A stretch of DNA of 64,000 bases from Solirubrobacteraceae bacterium (GTDB lineage Bacteria > Actinomycetota > Thermoleophilia > Solirubrobacterales > Solirubrobacteraceae). A program made the translations under genes and the position numbers. Below, piece after piece: positions 9,234 through 21,258 of this stretch. The notes beneath the pieces were generated by a model that was given only the letters and a program-made list of their open reading frames with translations, was not told the origin of the DNA and did not search any database. Position 1 is the first letter of the stretch. Each line of letters starts with the position of its first letter. The stretch is taken from the NCBI GenBank assembly GCA_036494115.1, contig DASXOS010000084.1:11232-75231 (forward strand), read 5' to 3'.

Positions 9234-9262
9234 CGCAAATCCAAAGCTATACTTTCTGAAGC

Positions 9263-9517
9263 ATGACGCCGATCACTCTCTACACGACAGACCGCTGCTC
9301 CAAGTGCGTGGGAGCAAAGACGCTTCTCACCCGCCGCGGCATCCCGTATCACGAGATCAATCTGGCACGCGACCCGGACGGCCGAGCCGAGCTGATCAGG
9401 CGGACCGGCATGTACACCTTCCCGCAGATCATGATCGGCGAGCAGACGATCGGCGGCTTCGACGAGCTGCGCGCCGCCGACAGCGCGGGCAAGCTCGACG
9501 ACCTCCTCGCGGCCTGA
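9263..9517 (+). CDS. Glutaredoxin 3-like protein
   Basis: CSKC, TFPQIMIG..IGGFDEL; TATACT hexamer 9 nt before ATG. Confidence 0.88.
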   Translation: MTPITLYTTDRCSKCVGAKTLLTRRGIPYHEINLARDPDGRAELIRRTGMYTFPQIMIGEQTIGGFDELRAADSAGKLDDLLAA

Positions 9518-9556
9518 GCCTCAGCCGCCAGCCTCAGCCGCCAGCCTCAGCCGCTA
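9518..9556. repeat. 13-bp tandem repeat x3 (GCCTCAGCCGCCA)
   Basis: Copies at 9518, 9531 and 9544 (last has one mismatch) fill the gap between the convergent glutaredoxin and mutM genes. Confidence 0.9.
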
Positions 9557-10396
9557 ACGCCGCCGCCGAGCGCGAGGCCGCGGCTGACACCACGGGCAGA
9601 CGTACGTCCCCCGCCCACCGACGACGAGCTTTTCGATCGTCCCGCCGCACTCCGGGCATGGCTCGCCGGCCCGCGTGTGGACGAGGAACCGATCCTGGAA
9701 GGACCCGCGCGCGCCGTCGACGTGGCGGAAGTCGTCGATCGAGGCGCCCTTGGCATCGATGCCGGTTCGCAGCGCGTCCTCGATCGCCGCATGAAGTCGC
9801 CTCAGCTGGTCCCCCGTGAGGCGGCCGGCGGGGCGCAGCGGATGGATGCGGGCCCGGAACAGCGCCTCGTCGGCGTAGATGTTGCCGACGCCGGCCAGCC
9901 GGCGCTGGTCGAGGAGGAACGCCTTGACGGGGGCGGTGCGGCCGCGGGCGGTGGCTCGCAGGTAGGCCGGGGTGAACTCCGGGGTCAGGGGCTCGGCGCC
10001 GATCCGCTCGTCCAGGTAGGCATCACGCGCCTCGGCGCCGAGAACGAGATGGCCGGTCCCGAACCGCCGGGGATCGACGTAGATGAGCCGATGTCCGCCG
10101 TCGAGTTCGAGCCGCACCCGAGTGTGCGGCGGCTCCGGATCTGGGTCGAACAGCAGCGACCCGGTCATACGCAGATGCAGCAGCAGGTGGCGCTCGCCCG
10201 AGAGCGCCCACACCAGGTACTTCCCCCGCCGACCCACCTGCTCGACGACCGCGCCGGTCAGCTCGTGGGCGACCGGCTCGGGCGGATCCGGCCGCGTCCA
10301 GCGACCATCGAGGATCTCGGCGCGCTCGATCGTCCGCCCCTCCAGGTGGGGGGTCAGCTGGCGGCGGATCGTCTCGACCTCGGGCAGCTCGGGCAT
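9554..10396 (-). CDS. mutM: Formamidopyrimidine-DNA glycosylase
   Basis: MPELPEVET start, RRGKYL, HLRMTG, AGVGNIYADEAL, C-terminal CPEC...CPWCQ Zn finger. Confidence 0.96.
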   Translation of the reverse strand: MPELPEVETIRRQLTPHLEGRTIERAEILDGRWTRPDPPEPVAHELTGAVVEQVGRRGKYLVWALSGERHLLLHLRMTGSLLFDPDPEPPHTRVRLELDGGHRLIYVDPRRFGTGHLVLGAEARDAYLDERIGAEPLTPEFTPAYLRATARGRTAPVKAFLLDQRRLAGVGNIYADEALFRARIHPLRPAGRLTGDQLRRLHAAIEDALRTGIDAKGASIDDFRHVDGARGSFQDRFLVHTRAGEPCPECGGTIEKLVVGGRGTYVCPWCQPRPRARRRR

Positions 10397-10413
10397 CGTC
10401 GCTCCCGCCGTGC

Positions 10414-10992
10414 TCAGGCCGAGGCCCGGGTCGGGGCCAGGGACCGCCGCACCGGACTGAACACAGCCCGGTTGACGGCGCGGAACTGGCCCAGCGGGGC
10501 GTACTCGTCGAGCACGATCTCCGCGTGCGCCAGGAACACGTGAATCGAGCGCACCCGGCGCCGTTGCCCGCCGACGCGCTCGACCGCGTCGAGCTCGAGC
10601 GCCGGCGCGCCTCCCGCGCGCGTTCGCAGAGCGTGAATGACGCGCAGGCCGGGCTCGCGGGCACGGGACTCGGAGACCAGGTCGCTCAGCACCTTTCCCA
10701 GCGCGGCGGGATCGGCCGGTGGCGCGGTGCTCCGCGGAAACCGCCACAGCGCGATCACGGCGTCGCCCGAGCTGACCGTGGCGACGAGCGGCCGCTTGCC
10801 CGTGGCGAGTCCCCAGCCCCGGGGCGCGCTGAGTGCGACTCCGGACTTGGCGTACGTCAGCGTGCGGAAGCCGCCGGAGGAGACGGGGATGATCGAGCTC
10901 GGAACAGGGGTGCGCGAGTTGCCGCAGCCGACGAGTCCGATCGCCGCCGCGACCGTAACCGCTGAGAGGATGATCCGCCGGGCGTCGGGCAC
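10414..10992 (-). CDS. Putative lipoprotein
   Basis: Signal peptide with lipobox LVGC. Confidence 0.65.
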   Translation of the reverse strand: MPDARRIILSAVTVAAAIGLVGCGNSRTPVPSSIIPVSSGGFRTLTYAKSGVALSAPRGWGLATGKRPLVATVSSGDAVIALWRFPRSTAPPADPAALGKVLSDLVSESRAREPGLRVIHALRTRAGGAPALELDAVERVGGQRRRVRSIHVFLAHAEIVLDEYAPLGQFRAVNRAVFSPVRRSLAPTRASA

Positions 10993-11018
10993 GACGGAGG
11001 ACTGTAGTGCGGCCGCGC

Positions 11019-12017
11019 CTACCCGTCTGACGCGGCCGCCCCGGCGGCCGCCCCGTGCTCGATCTGGGCCCCGTGCTCGATCTGGGCCCGGGGATGGGAG
11101 TCGAAGTACACGTCACGCAGTCGTTCGGCGGTCAGGTGCGTGTAGATCTGAGTGGTGGCGATGTCGGCGTGACCGAGCATCTCCTGGAGCGACCGCAGGT
11201 CGCAGCCGCCGGCGAGCAGGTGGGTGGCGAAGGTGTGGCGCAACGTGTGCGGACTCATCTTCTGCTCGAGGCCGGCGGCCCGAGCGTGGCGCTGGACGAT
11301 CTTGTAGAGACCTTGACGGGTCAGCCCACCGCCGCGGAGGTTCAGGAAGACGCGCGGCTCGTCGCGCAGACCGACCAGCCGCGGACGGCCGCGCTCGAGG
11401 TAGGCGCGGAGGGTCTGGATCGCCTTGCTCCCGATGGGCACGATCCGCTCCTTCGAGCCCTTGCCGCGTGCGCGCAGGATCCCCGCCTCGACGTCGAGCG
11501 CGGAGAGCTCGAGGCTGATCGCCTCCGAGGCGCGCAGCCCGCAAGCGTACATGGTCTCGAGCAGGGCGCGGTCGCGCAGGGCCGCGGAGGAGTTGCCGCG
11601 GGGCTGGTCGAGCAGGCGCTGGATCTCGTCGCGGCTCAGCACCTTCGGCAGCCGGCCGCGGGAGCGGGGCGGGCGCAGGTCTGCAGTTGGGTCGCGCTCG
11701 AGGATCTGCTCGCGTCGCAGGAAGCGGTAGAACGAGCGCAGGCAGGCGATCTTGCGTTGCAGGGTGGCGGGAGCCACCGGCCGGCGGCCCTCGCGTCCGT
11801 CGGCAAGCTCGGAGACGAATTCGGCGAGATCCGGCGATTCGACGTCGAGCGGATCGGTGCCATGGCGGCCGAGGAACTCGCCGAGCTGCTGGAGGTCGGA
11901 GCGGTAGGCCTCGAGCGTGTTCCGTGACAGGCCCCGCTCGAGCTCCAGGTAGGCGAGGAAGTCCAGAGTGAGCTCGGTCAGCCGCTGCGCCGGGGCCCTT
12001 GCCTCAGTGATCGCCAC
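11019..12017 (-). CDS. xerD: Tyrosine recombinase XerD
   Basis: LERGLSRNTLEAYRSDL, YACGLRASE, GKGSKERIVP, SPHTLRHTFATHLL, LGHADIATTQIYTH; nudix-xerD synteny. Confidence 0.92.
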   Translation of the reverse strand: MAITEARAPAQRLTELTLDFLAYLELERGLSRNTLEAYRSDLQQLGEFLGRHGTDPLDVESPDLAEFVSELADGREGRRPVAPATLQRKIACLRSFYRFLRREQILERDPTADLRPPRSRGRLPKVLSRDEIQRLLDQPRGNSSAALRDRALLETMYACGLRASEAISLELSALDVEAGILRARGKGSKERIVPIGSKAIQTLRAYLERGRPRLVGLRDEPRVFLNLRGGGLTRQGLYKIVQRHARAAGLEQKMSPHTLRHTFATHLLAGGCDLRSLQEMLGHADIATTQIYTHLTAERLRDVYFDSHPRAQIEHGAQIEHGAAAGAAASDG

Positions 12018-12038
12018 GTCAGCCCTATTCGGGCTGGG

Positions 12039-12589
12039 CTAGCGCTGTCCTGCCGTGCGAATCCGGTCCGATGACTTCAGCCACAGCAGCGCGATCAGCG
12101 ACTTGGAGTCCTGGCACTCCTCGATCGCGTCGTCGATCCGGTCAAGCCGCCACGGGACGATCTCGATGCGCTCGTCCTCCTCCGCCTCTCCCGGCTCCTG
12201 CGCATCGCTCAGGTCGGTGGCGAGATAGATCCAGACCCGCTCGTCCGTGAACCCGGGACTGGTGTAGAAGGCGAACAGCTCCTCCCAGGTCTCGGCTTGC
12301 TTGCCGATCTCCTCGCCCAGCTCGCGTTTGCCCGCCTCAAGCGGGCCTTCGCCCTCGACGTCGAGCTTCCCGGCCGGGATCTCGAGCGATGCGTCCATAC
12401 CCGCCGCCTCACGCGGCTGGCGGGTCAGCCACACGTGCGTGTCGTCGACCGGGACGATCCCGACCGCGCCGGGATGCCACACCTTCTCCCGCTTGACCTC
12501 CTCGCCGTCGGCGTGACGGAAGCGCTCCTCGCCGACGCGGACGATCTTGCCCTCCCACAGGACCTCGCCGCCGAGCCGCTCGAACGGGC

Positions 12590-12593
<4 letters not shown>
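12039..12593 (-). CDS. NUDIX hydrolase (ADP-ribose pyrophosphatase-like)
   Basis: Nudix box PAGKLDVEGEGPLEAGKRELGEEIG, YTSPGFTDE. Confidence 0.9.
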
Positions 12594-15552
<2,959 letters not shown>

Positions 15553-17241
15553 TCACGCCGCCTTGAGCAGCTCGCGGGCGTGCTCGCTGGCGGCGGTGTC
15601 GTGCTCACCGGCGCCGAGCATCCGCACGAGCTCCCCGACCACGTCGTCGCCGTGGAGCGCCGTCACGGTGGTCCGAGCCGGGCTCGACGACGCGTCCTTG
15701 ACGATCGTGAAATGCCGAGAGGCGAGCGCCGCCACCTGCGGGAGATGGGTGATGCAGAGGATCTGCCGCCCGGCCGCGAGCCGGCGCAGATGCTCGCCCA
15801 CGGCGCGCGCGGTGTGGCCGCCGATCCCGGCGTCGATCTCGTCGAACACCAGCAGGGGCGTCTCGCTTCCCCCCACCGCACCCGTGGCACCCGCGGCGTG
15901 GGCCACGCTGAGCACAGCCAGCATCACCCGTGAGAGCTCGCCCCCGGAGGCGATCTCCCGCAGCGGGCCCGGGGCCATCCCCGGGTTTGGCGCGATCGTC
16001 AGCTCGACCGTGTCGGCGCCGCGCGGCCCGGGGCCAGCCTCGCGGGGCTGCACGTCGACCTCGAACCGGGCATCCGCCATGGCCAGCTCCGCCAGGCACG
16101 TCTCCACCTCCCGGGCGAGCTTCGGGGCGGCGCGGACCCGGGCGCGGTGCAGCTTTGCGCACAGCTCGCCCAGCTCACCGCGAGCGGTCTCGAGCTCCGT
16201 CGCCCCCGCTTCGAGCGCGTGATCAGCGTGCTCGAGGTCGTCGAGTCGCGCCCGGCACTCCTCGGCGTAGCGGAGCACCTCGGCGATCGTCCCGCCGTGC
16301 TTGCGCTCGAGACGCGCCAGCAGGGCCAGCCGTTCCTCGACCTCCTCGAGCCGCCCGGGTGAGCCCTCGAGCTCGAGCCCGTAGCGGCGGAGCTCGCCGC
16401 CGACGTCCTCGACCTCGTAGAGGGCGGCCTGGAGTCGCTCGAGCAGGGACGCGAGCGTGGGGTCGATCCCGGCCACGGGCTCGAGGTCGGACACCGCCCG
16501 AGCCAGCGCCACGGCGGCGCCTGCGCCATCGTCGGAGGCGATTGCCTCCGCCCCGGTGGCGGCGGCCGAGCGCAGGCTCTCGAGGTTGCGGAGGCGGTCA
16601 CGCTCGGCGCTCAGCTCGGCCTGCTCCTCTTCGCTCGGCGCGGCGGCTTCGATCTCCTCGAGCTCGAAGCGCAGGAGATCGAGCTCGCGGTCCCGCGTGC
16701 CGGCCAGCCCTTCGAGCTCCCGGAGACGGGACTCGAGCGCCCGGACCCGCTCGTAGACAGGGGCGATCCGGTCGCGCAGGGCCAGGTGATCGGCGCCGCA
16801 GTAGCCGTCGAGCACCTCGAGCTGGGCCGTGGCCACGGTCAGCTTGCGGTGCTCGTGCTGACCGTAGAACGACAGCAGTCGGCCACCGAGATCACGCAGG
16901 TCGGCGACCGTCGCGGCGCGGCCGCAGATGTAGGCCCGGGTGCGCCCGTCGGCCCATACGCGCCGAGCCAGGACGACGTCCTCGGCGTCGCCCGGGATCC
17001 GCTCGGCCAGCTGCGGATCGAGCTCCGGTGGCCGGGTGAACACCCCCTCGACGTACGCCTCTGCGGCGCCCGCGCGCACGATCCCGCTGCGGGCCTTGCC
17101 GCCGAGCAGGAGATCGAGGGCGTGGGCGAGCAGCGTCTTGCCCGCGCCGGTCTCGCCCGTGAGGACGTTCAGACCCTCGCCGAGCCGCAGCTCGGCACGT
17201 TCCATCAGCAGCAGGTTCTCGACGCGCAGCTCTTGGAGCAT
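15553..17241 (-). CDS. recN: DNA repair protein RecN
   Basis: LTGETGAGKT, ASGGELSR, VFDEIDAGIGG, ITHLPQVA. Confidence 0.96.
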   Translation of the reverse strand: MLQELRVENLLLMERAELRLGEGLNVLTGETGAGKTLLAHALDLLLGGKARSGIVRAGAAEAYVEGVFTRPPELDPQLAERIPGDAEDVVLARRVWADGRTRAYICGRAATVADLRDLGGRLLSFYGQHEHRKLTVATAQLEVLDGYCGADHLALRDRIAPVYERVRALESRLRELEGLAGTRDRELDLLRFELEEIEAAAPSEEEQAELSAERDRLRNLESLRSAAATGAEAIASDDGAGAAVALARAVSDLEPVAGIDPTLASLLERLQAALYEVEDVGGELRRYGLELEGSPGRLEEVEERLALLARLERKHGGTIAEVLRYAEECRARLDDLEHADHALEAGATELETARGELGELCAKLHRARVRAAPKLAREVETCLAELAMADARFEVDVQPREAGPGPRGADTVELTIAPNPGMAPGPLREIASGGELSRVMLAVLSVAHAAGATGAVGGSETPLLVFDEIDAGIGGHTARAVGEHLRRLAAGRQILCITHLPQVAALASRHFTIVKDASSSPARTTVTALHGDDVVGELVRMLGAGEHDTAASEHARELLKAA

Positions 17242-17313
17242 GTCGACGGTGTACCAGGGGGCCCCGACGGATCGGACGCCTTGCGAGCACGCGGCGAGGC
17301 CGGCGGGAAGCCG

Positions 17314-18177
17314 TTAGGGGGCGGAGGCCATCCGCCCGAACTTCTCGCGCAGCCGCTGGTAGAACGTGGCGCCCGCTACCTGGGCCAGGGAGCCCTGGCC
17401 ATCGATGAATCGGGCCTCGATCTGGTCGCCGGGCGCGAGCACGCACACCGGCCGGCCGTCGACGGTGACGTCGACCGGTTCGTCCATGGACCGGTTGGAG
17501 ACGAGCATCACGTCGGTGGGGGCCGCCACAAGCGCCCGGGCGGTCAACGAGTGAGGCGCGATGAAAGAGACGACGTAGCCGGCCACCCCCCAGGCCATCA
17601 CCGGCCCGCCGTTGGCGAGGTTGTAGCCGGTGCTGCCGGCGGGCGTGGCGACGACCAGCCCGTCGCAACGCACCCGGCCGATCTCGTCGCTCCCGATCGT
17701 GTAGGCCAGGTCGGCGACGCGCATGCCGGCCTGGCGGTGCATGGAGATGTCGTTGATCGCCAGCCACAGTCCCCCTTTGCCCGACAGCGAGATCCCGGGG
17801 AGGGCCAGCACCTCGAACTCGCCCGAGAACGCCTGGCGAAACCCCTCCGGAGCCTGCTCGCGGTCGACCGTGGCCAGGAACCCGATCTCGCCGAAGTTGA
17901 CCGCGAACACGGGGGTTCCCGTGCCGGCGTATCTGCGCAGCGCGGTGAGGATCGTGCCGTCGCCGCCGAGGGCGAAGCAGATGTCGACGTCCTGGTGGAC
18001 CTCGGCGTCGAGCTCGAGCCCCTCCCCCGGGGCGAGGCCGTGCTTGGCGGTCTCCTCGCGGTCGAGCCGGAGCACGGCACCCGCCTCCCGGGCCAGCGAG
18101 ATCAGCGTCCCGAGCGCCGGCGCCGTCTCCCCGGGACGGCGGTGGGTGAACACCGTGGCGCGCCGGATCGGGTTCAC
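17314..18177 (-). CDS. nadK: NAD(+) kinase
   Basis: GGDGT, GFL, AIND, DGLVVATPAGSTGYNLANGGP. Confidence 0.93.
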   Translation of the reverse strand: MNPIRRATVFTHRRPGETAPALGTLISLAREAGAVLRLDREETAKHGLAPGEGLELDAEVHQDVDICFALGGDGTILTALRRYAGTGTPVFAVNFGEIGFLATVDREQAPEGFRQAFSGEFEVLALPGISLSGKGGLWLAINDISMHRQAGMRVADLAYTIGSDEIGRVRCDGLVVATPAGSTGYNLANGGPVMAWGVAGYVVSFIAPHSLTARALVAAPTDVMLVSNRSMDEPVDVTVDGRPVCVLAPGDQIEARFIDGQGSLAQVAGATFYQRLREKFGRMASAP

Positions 18178-18980
18178 CGCGGCGCCTCCAGCTCCGGCTC
18201 GGCGGCGCGCGCGGCCGCGTCCAGGTCCGCCACCCCCGGACGCCCCGCCTCGGCGAGCCACACAAATGTCTCGAGATTGCCCTTCGGCCCCGGCAATCCC
18301 GAGCTCGCGTACCCCAGGACCGAGGCCCCCAGCTCCTGGGCGGCGCCACCCAGTTCAACCAGCGCCCGCCGCCGTTGCAAAGGATCGCGCACCACGCCCC
18401 CCTTGCCGACCGCGTCGCGCCCGACCTCGAACTGGGGCTTGACCATCGCCAGGCAGTCGAAGGACTCAGCGGCGCAGGCCAGCACCGCCGGCAGCACCTT
18501 CGTCAACGAGATGAAGGACACGTCGATCACGAGCAGCTCGGGGCGATACGGCAGTTCCTCGACGGTCAACGAGCGGGCGTTGCAGCGCTCGATCACGGTC
18601 ACCCGTGGATCGATGCGCAGCTGCCAGCTGAGCTCGCCGTAGGCCACGTCCACCGCCACCACGGATGCGGCGCCGCGCTGGAGCAGGCAGTCGGTGAACC
18701 CGCCCGTGGAGGCGCCCACGTCGAGCGCCCGGGCCCCAGTGACATCGATGCCGAATGCGTCGAGCGCGTTGGCGAGCTTGACGCCGCCGCGGGAGACGAA
18801 CTCCGCGGCGGCCACGATCTCGATCTCGACATCGCGTGGGACGAGCTGACCCGGCTTCTCAGCCCGCCGGCGGCCGGGGAGCAGCATGACGTCCCCGGCG
18901 AGCACCGACGCGGCGGCGCGGGAGCGCGAGGGGAACAGGCCGCGCTCCGAGAGCAGGCTGTCGAGGCGGACACGTGTCAT
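18174..18980 (-). CDS. tlyA: TlyA rRNA 2'-O-methyltransferase
   Basis: S4 domain RLD..., FVSRGGVKL, DVGASTGGFTD, DVSFISL, KPQFE, GPKGN. Confidence 0.95.
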   Translation of the reverse strand: MTRVRLDSLLSERGLFPSRSRAAASVLAGDVMLLPGRRRAEKPGQLVPRDVEIEIVAAAEFVSRGGVKLANALDAFGIDVTGARALDVGASTGGFTDCLLQRGAASVVAVDVAYGELSWQLRIDPRVTVIERCNARSLTVEELPYRPELLVIDVSFISLTKVLPAVLACAAESFDCLAMVKPQFEVGRDAVGKGGVVRDPLQRRRALVELGGAAQELGASVLGYASSGLPGPKGNLETFVWLAEAGRPGVADLDAAARAAEPELEAPR

Positions 18981-19052
18981 CGAACGCGAAACGGTATGGC
19001 AGGCACGCCGGACGTGACGGAAGTCACACTAACCGCGCCGTGGAACGGGCAC

Positions 19053-19131
19053 GATTGTGGAGAAGCAATCAGCGCCAGCTGACACATATCTCTCCTCCCG
19101 GAACGGCCCGCCTCGGCGGGTCGTTCCTTTT
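19053..19131 (+). ncRNA. Candidate small RNA antisense to the surrounding operon
   Basis: Two short hairpins, a CU-rich tract TCTCTCCTCCC and an intrinsic terminator on the + strand, with no + strand gene nearby; 5' end uncertain. Confidence 0.45.
19100..19131 (+). terminator. Rho-independent terminator
   Basis: GGAACGGCCCGC-CTCG-GCGGGTCGTTCC-TTTT (12-bp stem with one G-U pair). Confidence 0.8.
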
Positions 19132-19132
19132 A

Positions 19133-19294
19133 GAGGCCATCTCAGAACCCCCCGCGCACGTCTGGCGGCGGCGGATCGGCGCGGGGCTGTGTCCTCGGAC
19201 CTCGATGTGGCTGGGCCACACCTTCGGTCCTGCGTCCTAGCCCCGCTTGATCCGGCGCTCGCCAGCCCCACACGCGGAGTTCTGAGATGACCTC
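19133..19294. mobile_element. 162-bp MITE with IS5 (IS1031-like) ends
   Basis: TIRs GAGGCCATCTCAGAAC / GAGGTCATCTCAGAAC (15/16), TTA directly repeated at 19130-19132 and 19295-19297, palindromic interior. Confidence 0.8.
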
Positions 19295-19317
19295 TTAAGC
19301 GCGTTGCGGGCCTGGGC

Positions 19318-21258
19318 TCAGCCGGCGACGTGCGTCCACTCCGCCACCGCGGCCTCGATCCGCTCGGCGATGCGGGCCCCGGTGAATCCGACCTCCTCGT
19401 GCAGGAGCGCCGGAGAGCCGTGGGTGACGTAGCGGTCCGGAAGCCCGACCCGGAGAATCCGCGGGGCGACCCCGGCGTCCGACAGGGTCTCCCACACCGC
19501 GGATCCGAAGCCGCCGGCGAGCACACCCTCCTCGACCGTCACGAGCAGGTCGTGCTCGGCGGCGAGCTGAGCGGCCAGGCCGGCGTCGATCGGCTTGGCA
19601 AAGCGGGCGTCGGCGACGGTCACCGCGATGCCGCGCTCGGCGAGGATGTCCGCGGCCTCGAGCGCCTTGCCGACGCCCGTGCCGTAGCCGAGCAGGGCGA
19701 CGCGGCCGTCGCCTCCCTCGCGGAGGATCTCGCCGGTCCCGATCTCGAGCACCTCGGCGGTGGTCGGCAGCGGCACGCCGACGCCGCCGCCGCGCGGGTA
19801 GCGCAGCGCGATCGGGCCGTCGTCGTAGCAGAGCGCCGTGTGGAGCATGTGGACGAGCATCGCCTCGTCGCGCGGCGCCATCAGCGTGATGTTCGGCAGG
19901 CACCGCAGGTAGGCGATGTCGAACACGCCGTGGTGGGTCGGGCCGTCGTCGCCGACCAGGCCCGCGCGGTCCATCGCGAAGACCACGTTCAGCTTCTGCA
20001 GGCACACGTCGTGGACGATCTGGTCGAACGCGCGCTGCAGGAACGTGGAGTAGATGGCGGCCACCGGCTTGCACCCCTGGAGGGCGAGCCCGGCGGCGAA
20101 CAGGATCGCCTGCTGCTCGGCGATGCCCACGTCGTAGTAGCGGTCGGGCAGCTCGCGCTGAAGGATGTTCAGACCGGTCCCGGAGTTCATCGCGGCGGTG
20201 ATCCCGATCACCCGGTCGTCGCGGCGGCACTCGCTCACCAGGGCGTTGCCGAACACCTGGGTGTACTGGGGTGGTGCCGGCTTGGCGCCCGCGGGCTTGG
20301 CCACCGCGGCGGCGGGAGCGCCGTTGGCGATCGACTTGGGCTTGGCGGCGTGCCACTTCTCCATCCCCTCGAGGCCGCCCTCCTCGGCGGGGGCGAAGCC
20401 CTTGCCCTTGACCGTCGCGCAGTGGATCACCACGGGGCGCTCCGCGGTCAGCGCCTCGCTCAGGGCGCGCCGGACAGCGCGGACGTCATGGCCGTCGATC
20501 ACTCCCATGTAGGCGAAATCCAGCTCCTCCCACCACAGACCAGGAGCCCAGAACGCCTTGATCGACTCCTTCACATGCGGGCCGAAGCGCTCGAACGCAG
20601 CGCCGATCCCGGCGGGCAGCTTGGTCAGACCGCCTTCGACCTCCTCGCGGGCGTGCCACAGCTTCGGGTTGAGACGAACCCGGTTGAAATAGCGACTGAG
20701 CGCGCCGACGTTCGGCGCGATCGACATCCCGTTGTCGTTGAGCAGGACGACGATCGGGGTGCCCTCGCCCCCGGCCTGGTGGACCGCCTCGAATGCGACG
20801 CCGCCGGTGAGCGCGCCGTCGCCGACGACCGCCACCACGTTCCCGTCTTCGCCGTGTCCGCGGCGCATGGCCTCCTTGAGCCCGACCGCGTAGCCGATCG
20901 CGGTGGAGGCATGGCCGGCGCCCATGACGTCGTGCTCCGATTCCTGAACCGAGCAGAACGGCGCCAGCCCGCCGTATTTGCGGATCGTGTGCAGCTGATC
21001 GCGGCGCCCGGTCAGGATCTTGTGGGGATACGCCTGGTGACCGACGTCCCACAGGATCCGGTCCCGCGGCGAGTCGAGCACGGAATGCAGCGCGACCGCG
21101 ATCTCGCATGCCCCCAGATTGGCTCCGAAGTGGCCCCCGATCTCCCCCACGGTGTCGATGATGTGCTCACGGACCTCCTGGGCGACGAGCTGGAGCTCGT
21201 CGTCGCCGAGGCTATGCAGGTCCTGGGGTCCGTCGATCCGGTGCAGCAGTTTCGGCAT
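19318..21258 (-). CDS. dxs: 1-deoxy-D-xylulose-5-phosphate synthase
   Basis: WDVGHQAYPHKILTGR, GDGALTGG...NDN, GIAEQ, DRAGLVGDDGPTHHG. Confidence 0.97.
   Translation of the reverse strand: MPKLLHRIDGPQDLHSLGDDELQLVAQEVREHIIDTVGEIGGHFGANLGACEIAVALHSVLDSPRDRILWDVGHQAYPHKILTGRRDQLHTIRKYGGLAPFCSVQESEHDVMGAGHASTAIGYAVGLKEAMRRGHGEDGNVVAVVGDGALTGGVAFEAVHQAGGEGTPIVVLLNDNGMSIAPNVGALSRYFNRVRLNPKLWHAREEVEGGLTKLPAGIGAAFERFGPHVKESIKAFWAPGLWWEELDFAYMGVIDGHDVRAVRRALSEALTAERPVVIHCATVKGKGFAPAEEGGLEGMEKWHAAKPKSIANGAPAAAVAKPAGAKPAPPQYTQVFGNALVSECRRDDRVIGITAAMNSGTGLNILQRELPDRYYDVGIAEQQAILFAAGLALQGCKPVAAIYSTFLQRAFDQIVHDVCLQKLNVVFAMDRAGLVGDDGPTHHGVFDIAYLRCLPNITLMAPRDEAMLVHMLHTALCYDDGPIALRYPRGGGVGVPLPTTAEVLEIGTGEILREGGDGRVALLGYGTGVGKALEAADILAERGIAVTVADARFAKPIDAGLAAQLAAEHDLLVTVEEGVLAGGFGSAVWETLSDAGVAPRILRVGLPDRYVTHGSPALLHEEVGFTGARIAERIEAAVAEWTHVAG

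Noticed and set aside
11019-12017. Tyrosine recombinases (also 30935-31882) as prophage or island integrases
   Set aside because: Sequence motifs and housekeeping synteny fit XerD and XerC; no att repeats or phage genes seen
17242-17280. PafBC/RecA-NDp-like CGTCGG-N10-TACACC upstream of recN
   Set aside because: Mismatches at both the first and the last conserved T; too weak in a GC-rich background
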